DNA of 64,000 nt from an uncultured Eubacteriales bacterium (GCA_958352145.1 CATWNM010000001.1:69524-133523), one strand, 5' to 3'; numbered from the stretch's first letter, positions 10,030-20,063 are shown. The notes: generated from the letters alone by a model not told the origin. Program-made: numbers and translations.

Positions 10030-11559
10030 TTACATCAACGGCGCAAATACACGCAGGAAATCCTGAATCAAACGCTTCCAAAATCCGACTTTACAGTCTT
10101 CGCCCGTCATTTCACGGCTGCACGCAACCGTATGCAAAAAATCATCCCGCACCGCACGCACCACCGGTCCGCCGTAAAAACAAGCGCCCGACTCAAAATG
10201 CAAATATAAACTCCGAAAATCCAGGTTGGCAGAACCAACCGCCGCAACCCGATCATCCGAAACAAAGGTTTTCGCATGCACGAAGCCGCGCGAATACTCA
10301 TAGATTCGCACACCGGCCGCAAGCAGTTCCCGATAATAGGAGCGCGTCGTCATGTGCACATACCATTTGTCCCCGATACAAGGCGTCAAAATCCGAACAT
10401 CTACGCCGCCCCGAGCAGCGGCAATCATTGCGCCAAGCATCGGCTCGTCCAAAATCAGATATGGTGTGCAAATATAAATATAACGCCGCGCCGCATAAAG
10501 CAGCCGAAGATATACCCCCGCCGCAATATATTCCCCATCCAGCGGAGAGGCGGCATAAGGCTGAACAAATTCGCACGTCAAAGCGGAGTCCAAAAGGGCT
10601 GGGCAAAAGTCCGCTAAATTTTCACGCGCGCCCGTCAGCGCCGACCACATTTCCAAAAACATCAGCGTAAAGCTCCTAGCGGCCGCGCCCGACACAAAAA
10701 CGGCGGCATCCTTCCAATGCCCGTGCTTTTCCAGCGCATTGATATACTCGTCGGCAATATTAATCCCGCCGGTAAAAGCGACGCGCCCGTCAATCGCCAC
10801 AATCTTGCGATGATCGCGGTTATTCTGAAGCGAAGAAAACACCGGGAGAAACGGATTAAAAACGCGGCAGCGAATCCCATCTGCTTCCAGTCGTTTTGCA
10901 AAATTTTTCGGCAAAAGAAAAAAACACCCGAAATCATCATAAATCAGCCGTACATCGACGCCTGCGTGCGCTTTATTTATTAAAATCTCCAAAATTGCAT
11001 CCCACATCCGTCCCTGCTCGACGATGAAATATTCAAGAAAAATATATTTTTCGGCTTTTAAAAGCTCTTCAAGCAGCTTTTCAAACTTTTTTTCTCCGGG
11101 TGAAAGATACAGAGACGGACATCCCCCGTATACAGGAAAGCCGGCATGCCGCTCCAAATAAGAAAGCAGCGCGCGATATTCCGGAAACTGTGCGGAGGCG
11201 TCCAAAAAATCATCGGCTCTAGCGGCAAAATACGGCAAAGAACGCGCTTTTGCCGCCGCAAGCCTGCGGCGCATCTGCCCGGCTGAGCTTTGCAGGCGGT
11301 AAAGCAGGTAAAACAGCCCGCCAAAAGCCGGAAACAGCAAAATCAGCGCAGCCCAAGTCAGCTTATATGCGCTTTTTTCCTGACCGGCAATTACAAATAT
11401 AGCTACAGCAATGCTCACCGTATTCAGTGCGATCCGTATATATACGGAATACAAGCTTCCTCCGACAAGCGCGTATACTGCAAATGCAAGCTGCAAAAAC
11501 AGCAAAAAAATTATCAAGAGCCGCTGCCCGATTCTGCGCGGCCGCCCCCGCCTTTTCAC
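10030..11559 (-). CDS. cls: Cardiolipin synthase
   Basis: 509 aa. N-terminal TM helices and two PLD HKD motifs (HRKIVAIDG... and HAKTFVSDD...). Confidence 0.9.
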   Translation of the reverse strand: MKRRGRPRRIGQRLLIIFLLFLQLAFAVYALVGGSLYSVYIRIALNTVSIAVAIFVIAGQEKSAYKLTWAALILLFPAFGGLFYLLYRLQSSAGQMRRRLAAAKARSLPYFAARADDFLDASAQFPEYRALLSYLERHAGFPVYGGCPSLYLSPGEKKFEKLLEELLKAEKYIFLEYFIVEQGRMWDAILEILINKAHAGVDVRLIYDDFGCFFLLPKNFAKRLEADGIRCRVFNPFLPVFSSLQNNRDHRKIVAIDGRVAFTGGINIADEYINALEKHGHWKDAAVFVSGAAARSFTLMFLEMWSALTGARENLADFCPALLDSALTCEFVQPYAASPLDGEYIAAGVYLRLLYAARRYIYICTPYLILDEPMLGAMIAAARGGVDVRILTPCIGDKWYVHMTTRSYYRELLAAGVRIYEYSRGFVHAKTFVSDDRVAAVGSANLDFRSLYLHFESGACFYGGPVVRAVRDDFLHTVACSREMTGEDCKVGFWKRLIQDFLRVFAPLM

Positions 11560-11684
11560 GTAAGCATCTCCCCTTTGGTTGCCGATTCTGCTTTAGTGTT
11601 TGTTCAAAAGGCGAAAAATACCCGCGGTATCACAACCAAAAAATCCGGACATAAAAACAAGCACCCCCGCATTCAGTCTCCCTT

Positions 11685-11742
11685 GAAAAAACAAAAGAAC
11701 CGGCATATCGTTCGCTCGTAAAAACGGTATACCGGTTCTTTT
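11685..11742 (-). terminator. Terminator of the BNR-repeat protein gene
   Basis: AAAAGAACCGG ... CCGGTTCTTTT stem, followed on the minus strand by GTTTTTTC. Confidence 0.6.
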
Positions 11743-11763
11743 AAAATACGCAGAACCACGAAA

Positions 11764-14508
11764 TCAATTTACATATCCGGACGCTTCAAAGAAATCATCC
11801 AAAAATGCGATCCATGCGATATCGATTCCGTCGTTCACCGGCGCCTGCGCATGATTAAACGGATCCAGGCGCATTGATTTTAAAACGCCGCCGTACAAAG
11901 AAAAGCTGGAAAAATCAACAAGATAAGTATGCCACGCACCATCATCCACGAGCGGCAGACCATACTGAGCCGCTTCCGTATACGCCATAAGTTCCATATC
12001 GCCCGCGCTGAAATAAAAGCCAATAGACGGGGCAACCGAACCGCTGCTGCGAGCCCGTGCGCGAATCAGCATATATTTGTACTGATCGGCATGCAGTTCT
12101 CCGTAATGAAGGGTGACAAACGGATCCCGGCTGTCCGTAATATTCAGCCGCACGCAATTTTCCGATGGTTCATAGAACACCGCCATATCGTTTTCATCGG
12201 AAAACAGTCCGTCAATCAAGTCAGAGGACTCAAACACATACAGCGCCTGCGGGACCTTCGGATCTTTCTCCGGTACCGCCGAAGAACGCGCGGCAGCCTC
12301 GCCCGGCGCCAGCGGCTCCGCTTGCCCGCCGCCGTCCAGCGCCACATCCAGCCAAGTGGAAGCGTCATAGGAATCCAGTCCATCGATCACATCTTGCGCC
12401 ATCGTACCGTCCGCGTCGGCATTGTCGAGCGACAAATTGACTTTCAGTCCCCGGCGGCCGGAAATGCCAAGCGCGGCCATGTTGGCCTCAATCTCGGTAA
12501 CGATACCGCCCGCCTCTCCGGCGATCACGGCGGAAGCATACTTGTAGCCGTTTTCGACTGTCTCATAGCGAGCGCCCGCGCCATACGCCAACGTTACCGT
12601 TCCAGACGCGTCAATTTCAAATCTATAGTATTTTCCCGCGGTATCGGCGACATAAACGAAAGACGCATCCTTGTCCGTCAGACTCCCGTCCCTGCGCTCC
12701 AGCAAAAGATACAGCTTTTCAGCGCTGTGCGCCGCGCGCAGCGTCGCCTGCGCCTGCGAAGCGCTGCCGATAAACAACGCCTGTGTCACGTCCGCCCAGT
12801 CTTTGGAATTCTTTCCATCGACCACAATCGCCTTCTGCGGTGCGGCAATCGCATGGTTCAAATACAGATTTTCAAGCAAGATCGAATTCTTCTCACCCGA
12901 AACCGGATATACGGCGGTCAAGCGATTATTGCCTGTAACTTCTATCGCACCCCAATACCCCGGTTTTTGGAATATCGTTACCTCTTCTCCAAAGCTGCGC
13001 GCATCGCCGTCGCCGACACGCAAAACCATGCTCCGGCTGCTTTTGCCATAGGAAAGGATCGTTTCTCCGGTCGGCATTTTGACGATGTAGGGACCGGCGC
13101 CGGGATAGAGGTTATTCATCCGATCCGCAGGCCCTGTTTTATCATAGTCCACCGTTTCAGACCAGGCGGCATCCGAATGAATAACGGAAATGCGGAAACT
13201 CTTGTCGGTCATCTTCGACTCGCAAACTACGGCAAGAGACCCGTCGTAAAGCTCTGTGCCAACGCTCATCTGATCCGTAAAGCTCGGGCTTCCTTCCACA
13301 TCGCAAACATATTGCTGGAAAATCAGGCGCGCCTGCCAGGGCGACGCCGTAACCGCAGGCTGCCAGGTATACCCGCCGTCAATCGAACGCACCATAGCGG
13401 TCCCGGTGGAATTTCTATCGGTTTTTTCTCCCCAGTATTCAATTCCGGGAGAAACCTGCGTAAAGTATACCTGGATTTCCCCATTTGAAAGCTCGAGAAT
13501 CGACGGCTCCCAGTTAACGCCCGTGTAAATTGACTGCGGTTCCCCCCATGAGCGCCCGCCATTGGTTGAACGGCGAAGATAAATTCCAGCCAGTTCCGGA
13601 TGACTCTTATAGCCGCTTTTTGCGCGGTAAGACACGACGGTGAGAATATCGCCGTTGGCAAGCACCTCTGCGTCGCAGTTCACAAAATAGGTCGTATCCG
13701 TCCCGGTATCCGTATAATCACACGCAAACTTATACTGAGAAGCATTATACAATACCTGAGGCGCTTCCCAACGGACTAAATCGCTGCTGAACGAATAATA
13801 AATATGCGGGCCATACGTTCCATATTGCCAAAACATGATATAGCTGCCGTCGTTTTTCTGCTTGATGCGCGGATACTGCGCTTCATCATACCGCTTCTGC
13901 CCTGTCGTATCGGAGGATAGCTCTACCCAAGAACGCATATCCGCCTCAATGTAAGCGGGCGTAGACGCCTGTGCATGCGAATTCTCTTCTATATATGTAT
14001 TCAAAGCGGACAGTTCCGTCAGCACAGCTATTCCGGGATTCTCCGGCCCTGCGGCATCCGCCGGCTTTGTGATCGTCGCCGTACTCGACGCGCCGTCCCA
14101 GACCACAGATGCGCCGAGCATTTCCGCTACAAAGCGCACGGGCAGATATGTGCGGGAATTTTCTATAAATGCGGGCGCATCCAATATTTTTATCTCTCCT
14201 CTGACCACGGCCTCCGCCGCGCCGATAGTGATTTTAATTTCAGTCGATCCGCTCGTGATCGTCGCTGTGCCCGTCGCACCGTCCCATGCGACGGACGCGC
14301 CCAAATTTTCCGCTACAAAACGTACCGGCAGCATCGTGCGGTCTTGACGAATCACCGGCGCCGCATCCAGCGTTTTTACCTCGCCATTGACATAACCGTT
14401 CATGTCGCCGATCGTCATTTTGATTTCCACCGCTTCAGCCGCAGCCGCCGAAATCCATAGAGCACAAGCCGCTATCAGTGCAACTGTAAACGCAAACATC
14501 TTTTTCAT
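11764..14508 (-). CDS. Secreted BNR/Asp-box (sialidase-like fold) protein with two N-terminal copper-amine-oxidase-like stalk domains
   Basis: The ORF is open to 14592, but GGAGGAAGCAAA-ATG at 14506-14508 (MKKMFAFTVALIAACALWISAAAA signal peptide) is the likely start. Two repeats with LPVRFVAE.LGASV.WDG. Asp-box-like motifs SSDLVRWE, STNGGRSWGEP and SIDGGYTWQP. Confidence 0.75.
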   Translation of the reverse strand: MKKMFAFTVALIAACALWISAAAAEAVEIKMTIGDMNGYVNGEVKTLDAAPVIRQDRTMLPVRFVAENLGASVAWDGATGTATITSGSTEIKITIGAAEAVVRGEIKILDAPAFIENSRTYLPVRFVAEMLGASVVWDGASSTATITKPADAAGPENPGIAVLTELSALNTYIEENSHAQASTPAYIEADMRSWVELSSDTTGQKRYDEAQYPRIKQKNDGSYIMFWQYGTYGPHIYYSFSSDLVRWEAPQVLYNASQYKFACDYTDTGTDTTYFVNCDAEVLANGDILTVVSYRAKSGYKSHPELAGIYLRRSTNGGRSWGEPQSIYTGVNWEPSILELSNGEIQVYFTQVSPGIEYWGEKTDRNSTGTAMVRSIDGGYTWQPAVTASPWQARLIFQQYVCDVEGSPSFTDQMSVGTELYDGSLAVVCESKMTDKSFRISVIHSDAAWSETVDYDKTGPADRMNNLYPGAGPYIVKMPTGETILSYGKSSRSMVLRVGDGDARSFGEEVTIFQKPGYWGAIEVTGNNRLTAVYPVSGEKNSILLENLYLNHAIAAPQKAIVVDGKNSKDWADVTQALFIGSASQAQATLRAAHSAEKLYLLLERRDGSLTDKDASFVYVADTAGKYYRFEIDASGTVTLAYGAGARYETVENGYKYASAVIAGEAGGIVTEIEANMAALGISGRRGLKVNLSLDNADADGTMAQDVIDGLDSYDASTWLDVALDGGGQAEPLAPGEAAARSSAVPEKDPKVPQALYVFESSDLIDGLFSDENDMAVFYEPSENCVRLNITDSRDPFVTLHYGELHADQYKYMLIRARARSSGSVAPSIGFYFSAGDMELMAYTEAAQYGLPLVDDGAWHTYLVDFSSFSLYGGVLKSMRLDPFNHAQAPVNDGIDIAWIAFLDDFFEASGYVN

Positions 14509-14722
14509 TTTGCTTCCTCCCCAATTCCTCACCATATGCCTCATATTCCGGCAGCACGAGTTCCGGATGAACGGATCGACAAAAATACCCAAATTCCGCG
14601 AATCGAAAAACCAATCTTCTCAAATGAAGTAATTCTGCCAACTGGTCTTGCTTCATTTTATCTCAGACAAAAGTTTCGGCAATTCCTGCCGCTATGTTTA
14701 TTATAATAATAGAGCACCGCGC

Positions 14723-15175
14723 TCACAAGTTTAAAATCACAAAATTTTTTCCAAATATTTTAACTTTTTGTTGAAAAACGCAAACAAAATGCCAGTGGTA
14801 AGCTTTTTCTGTTACAGCCTCAAGCGCGGCTTCATAATAGGCGATTTTCTTGCGTGTTACCCCCAAAGCCTGCTGCAATTCTGCGATTTTTCTTCAAGTG
14901 CCCTCTACTGTCTGAGAAAGATTTGATAACGCTCCGCTAAGGTGCTGTCTCCTTTCGATACAAGCGCAAGATAATACTGCATATCTTTTATCCTGAAGCC
15001 CGCTTTCTTAAACGCACCGATTATTTTCAGTATTTCAATGTCACTGACAAGGAAATTCCAATTCCAAAAAGTTACCGACCGTATCACGCTTCATTTATGA
15101 CAGTGCAAGATGCGCCGCACTCTGGTGTTGCCGACGTAAATCAGGCTGCAGAACAGATAAATTTAGCTGCCTATG
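14723..15175 (-). pseudogene. Decayed MerR-family regulator
   Basis: A 60-aa ORF (14905-15087) carries the MerR-like segment SDIEILKIIGAFKKAGFRIKDMQYYL and ends in an in-frame TAG. The expected C-terminal coiled coil (KIAELQQALGVTRKKIAYYEAALEAV) continues in another frame after an A-run (GAAGAAAAATC). The N-terminal HTH is only faintly recognisable and interrupted by a stop. Confidence 0.4.
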
Positions 15176-15341
15176 ACAAAAATGATAAGCTGTGCTATCC
15201 GGGTCGGGCACCAAATTGCTCATCGGTATTCGTTGGTCTGAACCGAACACGGAATATATGGAAAAAATGTGTAATTTTATAGGTCAGACCAATTGGAGGA
15301 AACTTGCTCAAATCGATAAAAAGTGACAAAACAAAATAAAG

Positions 15342-15381
15342 CCAGCGCGTTCGTCACTTTTCAAAATGACGAACGCGCTGG
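15342..15381. terminator. Hairpin terminator (usable on both strands) downstream of the rpsR operon
   Basis: CCAGCGCGTTCGTCA-10 nt-TGACGAACGCGCTGG (15-bp perfect stem). T-rich flank on the minus strand (CTTTATTTTGTTTTG), TTT on the plus strand. Confidence 0.6.
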
Positions 15382-15509
15382 TTTAGAGAGACACTTGTTT
15401 GTCAACCGTTAAATTCGTTCGGTTTCCATCCTTTTGGACCGGCGTACATGATTAAAGATACGCCGGATTTTGTCCATCATCCAGCCTGTGCAGATGAACA
15501 AAATGCCGC

Positions 15510-15767
15510 TCAGTCGCTGACGTACGGAATCAGCGCCATCTGTCTTGCGCGCTTTACCGCAACCGTGAGTTGACGCTGATGCACAGCGCAGGTTCCCGAA
15601 ATTCTTCTGGGAAGAATTTTGGAGCGCTCGCTGACCAACTTTTTCAGTCTCGCGGTATCTTTGTAATCAATATAATCAATTTTGTCCGCGCAGAAGAGAC
15701 AAACTTTCTTCTTTTTCCGCATGGGGCGGAACGGACGCTGGGCATTTTCAGCCGCTTTATTATCCAT
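15510..15767 (-). CDS. rpsR: 30S ribosomal protein S18
   Basis: 85 aa, ...[63 protein letters not shown]. Confidence 0.96.
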   Translation of the reverse strand: MDNKAAENAQRPFRPMRKKKKVCLFCADKIDYIDYKDTARLKKLVSERSKILPRRISGTCAVHQRQLTVAVKRARQMALIPYVSD

Positions 15768-15827
15768 TATTGTGTCAAACCCCGTCTTAAATACAGACTT
15801 TCCTTTCTATAAATTCACCGCTGTACC

Positions 15828-16292
15828 TTAGAACGGCAATCCGTCGTCCTCAGATACAGACTCAAACTTCGGCGCAGCCGCATCGGTATTGGAATAAGAA
15901 GGCGTAGAGTAGGCGTCCGGCATATACTGCGCTCCGCTGGGCGCGGCCGCAGAATCCGCTTTGCTTTCCACAAAGCTCACTTCGTCAGCCACAACCTCGG
16001 TCACATACCGTTTATTGCCCTGATTATCGGTATAACTGCGGCTCTGGATCGAACCGCAGACCAATATCGGCTTGCCTTTCTTAAAATATCGCGAAACAAA
16101 CTCGGCGGTCTGCCTCCATGCGACAATGCTGATAAAATCAGCGGTTTGCTGTCCTTCGACCGCATTTTTGCTCTGAAATCTGCGGTTCACCGCGATCGTA
16201 AACGTCACGACCGAGATGCCCGACTGCGTTTGCTTCAGTTCCGGATCGGCCGTCAGATTGCCGATCAAAATCGCCTTATTGAAACTTGCCAT
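15828..16292 (-). CDS. ssb: Single-stranded DNA-binding protein
   Basis: 154 aa. OB-fold N-terminus MASFNKAILIGNLTADPELKQT and acidic tail DDGLPF. Confidence 0.96.
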   Translation of the reverse strand: MASFNKAILIGNLTADPELKQTQSGISVVTFTIAVNRRFQSKNAVEGQQTADFISIVAWRQTAEFVSRYFKKGKPILVCGSIQSRSYTDNQGNKRYVTEVVADEVSFVESKADSAAAPSGAQYMPDAYSTPSYSNTDAAAPKFESVSEDDGLPF

Positions 16293-16322
16293 ACTCGCGC
16301 CTCCCTTCCATTCACCGAAAAC

Positions 16323-16640
16323 TTACGCTTTGGATTTTGCTTTTTTCTGCTCAAGCCGGATGACGATGCCGCGCATGATGTTTTCATCAATGTTGTAGCG
16401 GCGATCAAGCTCAGCGGGAAAATCGGACGCGCTTGTGAAGTTCACAAGAACATAGTAGCCCTCCGGAATATCATTGATCGGGTATGCAAGTCTGCGCTTG
16501 CCCCACTCATTGACCTCTCCTACGGTTCCGTTTTCCGCAATCAGCGCCGTAAATTTTTCTACCGTCGCCTTTACGTCGTCTTCGCTGATCGTCGGATTTA
16601 CGATAAACATGGTTTCGTAGGAATTCACTGCCTTTTCCAT
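16323..16640 (-). CDS. rpsF: 30S ribosomal protein S6
   Basis: 105 aa, YETMFIVNPTISEDDVKATVEKF...WGKRRLAYPI. Confidence 0.95.
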   Translation of the reverse strand: MEKAVNSYETMFIVNPTISEDDVKATVEKFTALIAENGTVGEVNEWGKRRLAYPINDIPEGYYVLVNFTSASDFPAELDRRYNIDENIMRGIVIRLEQKKAKSKA

Positions 16641-16666
16641 CTATTACACCTCCTTATGGACTGATG

Positions 16667-16686
16667 GCCGTGCACAGGCGCACGGC
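16667..16686 (-). promoter_or_regulatory. Hairpin in the rpsF 5' leader (candidate S6:S18 autoregulatory element)
   Basis: GCCGTGC-6 nt-GCACGGC sits between the promoter and the rpsF SD. Assignment rests on position only. Confidence 0.3.
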
Positions 16687-16734
16687 AAGGGGGTAGGGTC
16701 AACAACAATTTTGGTCAACCTTTACCAATTGATA

Positions 16735-16763
16735 ATTTTAACACAACCGGCGCATTTTGTCAA
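16735..16763 (-). promoter_or_regulatory. Promoter of rpsF-ssb-rpsR
   Basis: Minus strand TTGACA-17-TAAAAT with TGt extended -10. Confidence 0.55.
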
Positions 16764-16791
16764 GAAAATCTTTAAAAATTCCGCAAAGCGC

Positions 16792-16820
16792 TTGCTCTGA
16801 CCGGCGGCATATGGTAAAAT
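16792..16820 (+). promoter_or_regulatory. Promoter of the histidine phosphatase gene
   Basis: TTGCTC-17-TAAAAT with TGg extended -10. Confidence 0.45.
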
Positions 16821-16915
16821 ATATCCGCAGCTTATCTATAAATTTTATTACGCGGCGCTTTTTTGCATTTGTTGTCGAACGCAAAAAGACACAGCCGGTA
16901 CATTTGGAGGCGCAA

Positions 16916-17560
16916 GTGGGCATTCTATATCTTATCCGGCACGGGCAGAGCGAGGGGAATATCCGCGGCGGCTTTGCCGGACGCATCGATTATCCGCTGT
17001 CTCCGCTTGGGCAAAAACAAGCGAATATGACCGCCGACTTCCTGCGCGACGAACACATCGACGTTGTCCTTTCCAGTCCGTTGTCCCGCGCGTATGATAC
17101 GGCGGTTCCAATCGCCAGAACACGCGGGCTTGATGTGCTCCAGCGAGAAGATCTTTCCGAAATGGATTTCGGCGACTGGGAGGGACTCCCGATCGAAGAA
17201 GTGGCCCGCCGCTTTCCCGACGCCATAGATATTTGGAATCATGAAATGTATAAAACCGTCTGCCCGGGCGGCGAAACGGTAAGAGAGTGCTTTGCGCGCG
17301 CACAGCGCGCGATTTGCGCGATTGCGGAAACATACGCGGACAAAACCGTCTGCGCAGTATCGCACGGCGCGCTACTTCGAGGCATGCTGTGCTTTCTGCA
17401 TGGTTGGCCGGTCGAAGATATTCAAAAGGTCATGTGGGCAAACAATGCGTCCGTGACTAAATTAATGTATACAAACGGCGCGTTTCAAATCGAATATGAA
17501 GGGTACAGCGATCATATGGGCGCATATGTAACCGGCGTATCCAGCAAGCTTCGGGAATAA
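16916..17560 (+). CDS. Histidine phosphatase family protein (phosphoglycerate mutase/CobC-like)
   Basis: The ORF is open from 16757, but GGAGG-N5-GTG at 16916 gives VGILYLIRHGQSEGN, the RHG catalytic motif at the expected N-terminal position. Confidence 0.85.
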   Translation: MGILYLIRHGQSEGNIRGGFAGRIDYPLSPLGQKQANMTADFLRDEHIDVVLSSPLSRAYDTAVPIARTRGLDVLQREDLSEMDFGDWEGLPIEEVARRFPDAIDIWNHEMYKTVCPGGETVRECFARAQRAICAIAETYADKTVCAVSHGALLRGMLCFLHGWPVEDIQKVMWANNASVTKLMYTNGAFQIEYEGYSDHMGAYVTGVSSKLRE

Positions 17561-17642
17561 CCGACATTACAACCCCCCTGCTCAAATCGGACACGCGCCG
17601 CCGCGGCTGCATATCCGATGCGGGCGCACGCGGCGCGAGCAA

Positions 17643-17713
17643 ACCAAACCCTTTCTGTTGAAAAACCAAAGTTTTTTCAACAGACTCAGGCTCTGCCTTT
17701 CACGGGCAGAGCC
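17643..17713 (+). repeat. Two-hairpin intergenic module, copy 2
   Basis: CCAAACCCTTT-CTGTTGAAAAA/TTTTTCAACAG-ACTCAG-GGCTCTGCC/GGCAGAGCC. Confidence 0.6.
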
Positions 17714-17732
17714 TTACACATATTCTTCGTTA

Positions 17733-18038
17733 TCAGATTTTAACCGCATAGTTTGCAGGGTTTACCTCGTCAAAATATACGGTTATGCGCGCTTTAACTT
17801 GAGGGCATTGTGCACACCAATTTACATAACGGCTGCCTTTATACACCGTTCCATCCACACTGTATGTAAAATGAATAATATGCGGAAATACAGCCCCGTC
17901 TAAAGAATGTGCGCGTACAGGCGTTTTGTTTATTTTCATCCACCGGCAAGCTTTTACTTCTGTTACAGTGCCATCCGTGAAATTGTTTGCAGAAATTATT
18001 TTTTCCGCCCCAAGTCCAAAACACCCTAAAATGCTCAT
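17733..18038 (-). CDS. DUF3592-like small protein
   Basis: 101 aa. Pattern GTVTEV...HIIHFTYSVDGTVYKGSRYV...ARITVYFDEVNPANYAV. Lies in an AT-richer islet. Confidence 0.55.
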   Translation of the reverse strand: MSILGCFGLGAEKIISANNFTDGTVTEVKACRWMKINKTPVRAHSLDGAVFPHIIHFTYSVDGTVYKGSRYVNWCAQCPQVKARITVYFDEVNPANYAVKI

Positions 18039-18064
18039 TAGTACGCCCCCGTGTTGTATTTGAC

Positions 18065-18331
18065 TTATTCATCGGGATTTGATTCCTTAATTGTCAGATA
18101 ATATTTTTGAAATTCTGTTTTTGCTAATTTCTGTTTATTTACCAAATCTTCTGTTATGTTTGAAAAAGCATCCGGATTGAATACGCCTGCTTCTTCCAGT
18201 GTTTTAGCACTTTCTTCTGATATTGCTCCACAATCTTTGAATTTTTTTAAAATCATTTTCTGTCTAAACATAAATGCTGGTGAACCGAACATTTCAATCA
18301 CCCTTTTATGAAACCAATTCCGTTTTTTCAC
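18065..18331 (-). CDS. Hypothetical protein
   Basis: 88-aa ORF with no recognised motif. AT-rich codon usage differs from neighbouring genes. Confidence 0.45.
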   Translation of the reverse strand: MKKRNWFHKRVIEMFGSPAFMFRQKMILKKFKDCGAISEESAKTLEEAGVFNPDAFSNITEDLVNKQKLAKTEFQKYYLTIKESNPDE

Positions 18332-18433
18332 ATTTATTATCGTTTATAATGCACCCATATTGAACTGCTGCAAAATAGATCGTTGGTAGAATCCAGCAAC
18401 ACAAAGGGGAAAATAGACCTAAAAATTTTGTTT

Positions 18434-18844
18434 CTAAATTCGATCAAAACCTTTAAACCGCGTTCCCTGAAACGTCAAACGCCCTGTATCCCCCTCGATC
18501 AGCAAACCGTACTCCTCACCGGTCACAGCCAATTCCATGCGGTCTCCGCTTTCTACCTCAAACGTGACAAAATAAGCCGTAGACGCTGCGCTGTGCGCCA
18601 TATTATCCGCGCCAGAATGATGCGAACGGCCAATATGCATCCGCTTGGCCGCTACCGTCGCTTCAACAGTCAGCACCGGCGCCCGGTTGTTCCGGTTCCA
18701 CTGTGCGATTCCCCGAGCCGCAACGACGATAAAAGATGCGAGAACAACGCAAAATACGACCCCAAACAGAATCGGGAAAATCTTAAACATAAAATCCACC
18801 CCGGCAAAACACGATGCTCCCCCGCTAAAATCATTGAAATTCAT
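18434..18844 (-). CDS. DUF2500-like membrane-anchored protein
   Basis: 136 aa. One TM, then ...YFVTFEVESGDRMELAVTGEEYGLLIEGDTGRLTFQGTRFKGFDRI. Confidence 0.7.
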   Translation of the reverse strand: MNFNDFSGGASCFAGVDFMFKIFPILFGVVFCVVLASFIVVAARGIAQWNRNNRAPVLTVEATVAAKRMHIGRSHHSGADNMAHSAASTAYFVTFEVESGDRMELAVTGEEYGLLIEGDTGRLTFQGTRFKGFDRI

Positions 18845-18862
18845 GTAAATCCCCTTCCCGGC

Positions 18863-19510
18863 TCAGCGCTGCTTGCCTGCTGCTTTTTTCAAACCGCGCG
18901 CAGTTTTGCCATGTCCCAAATCCTTTCCTTGCTTTCCGGCGCGCAATGATTTTTTTCCCGCCGCTGAAAATCCAAAGCGCCCGATTCGGCGGCCAAGCTC
19001 AAAATATTCACCGTGTGCAAACGCCGCAAGATGCGCGCGGGCAAGATCAAGCTTACCATTTTTGTCCAAAAGCGCTTTCTCGACGTCTGTTGCTACAATG
19101 TCTGCAAGAAACAAAACATGTGTGCCGAGTTCCCGCTGCTCGACGACCTGGCATTCAAGGCAGAGCGGACTTTCGACAAGGAGGGGCGCAGAAATCTTAC
19201 TGGCCGGCGTTTTGGTCAAGCCGCATTTTTTAAATTTGTCTGTCTTTCTGCCCGTATACATACCGCAGTAATCTACGGCACGGATCATATCCGCCGTCGT
19301 CAGATTGATTGCAAATTCACCGTTTTCCTCAATCAATTCAAAACTGTAGCGGCTCTTTCTCAAAGAAATATACGTTTTTGGCGGAATCGTATTGACCATG
19401 CCCGTCCACGCTACCGTCGCTACATTCGCATGTTCCATCGTACCCGAAGTGACAAGCACTGCGGGCAGCGGCGCAAGCAGCGCACCGCCTCTCCAAGCCT
19501 GTTTCGCCAT
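18863..19510 (-). CDS. Flavin reductase-like (FMN-binding split-barrel) protein
   Basis: 215 aa, ...LAPLPAVLVTSGTMEHANVATVAWTGMVNTIPPKTYISLRKSRYSFELIEENGEFAINL, with a K/G/R-rich C-terminal tail. Confidence 0.8.
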   Translation of the reverse strand: MAKQAWRGGALLAPLPAVLVTSGTMEHANVATVAWTGMVNTIPPKTYISLRKSRYSFELIEENGEFAINLTTADMIRAVDYCGMYTGRKTDKFKKCGLTKTPASKISAPLLVESPLCLECQVVEQRELGTHVLFLADIVATDVEKALLDKNGKLDLARAHLAAFAHGEYFELGRRIGRFGFSAAGKKSLRAGKQGKDLGHGKTARGLKKAAGKQR

Positions 19511-19649
19511 GTCTTTCTCCTTTTCAGAAGCTTGTATCTATTCTATACGCCCGTTTTAAAAATGTCAACCGGCATTTCACCGCATTTTCACCTGTATGCT
19601 ATACAACCATCGTATTGCCGTGTTATTCTATATAACTGGGAGTGATATT

Positions 19650-20063
19650 ATGTTTCGCAGACTGCTTGACCGATTTAACCGTTTTATGTACGGCAGGTAT
19701 GGCGCAGATTCGCTTTATTACACATTATTGATCGTTTTTTTACTGCTCGGTTTTATCAATACCTTCTTACGCTCCTATATTTTGCTGGTCGCGGCGGACG
19801 TTCTTTTTATATGGGCGCTCTTTCGATATTTTTCGAAAAATATTTATCAGCGGCGCGAGGAAAACCGGCGTTTTCTCGATATCATAGCAAAAATCAAGCG
19901 TTTTTTTAAGCTGAACCGCGACCGAATCCGGGATTTTAAAGTCTGCCGGTACCGCAAATGCCGGTACTGTAAATCGATCCTCCGTTTGCCCGTGCGCCGC
20001 GGCAGTCATTCGGTACGCTGCCCCCGCTGTCAAAAAAGTTTCAAAGTGCACATCTGGTTCTAA
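19650..20063 (+). CDS. Membrane protein with C-terminal zinc ribbon
   Basis: GGGAG-N7-ATG at 19650 (MFRRLLDRFNRFMYG...). Two TM helices, then CRYRKCRYC...CPRC. Confidence 0.7.
   Translation: MFRRLLDRFNRFMYGRYGADSLYYTLLIVFLLLGFINTFLRSYILLVAADVLFIWALFRYFSKNIYQRREENRRFLDIIAKIKRFFKLNRDRIRDFKVCRYRKCRYCKSILRLPVRRGSHSVRCPRCQKSFKVHIWF

Noticed and set aside
15097-15282. 61-aa plus-strand ORF in the decayed locus.
   Set aside because: It has no SD or motif. The minus strand of the same DNA carries the faint MerR HTH remnant. It is treated as part of the pseudogenised region rather than a gene.
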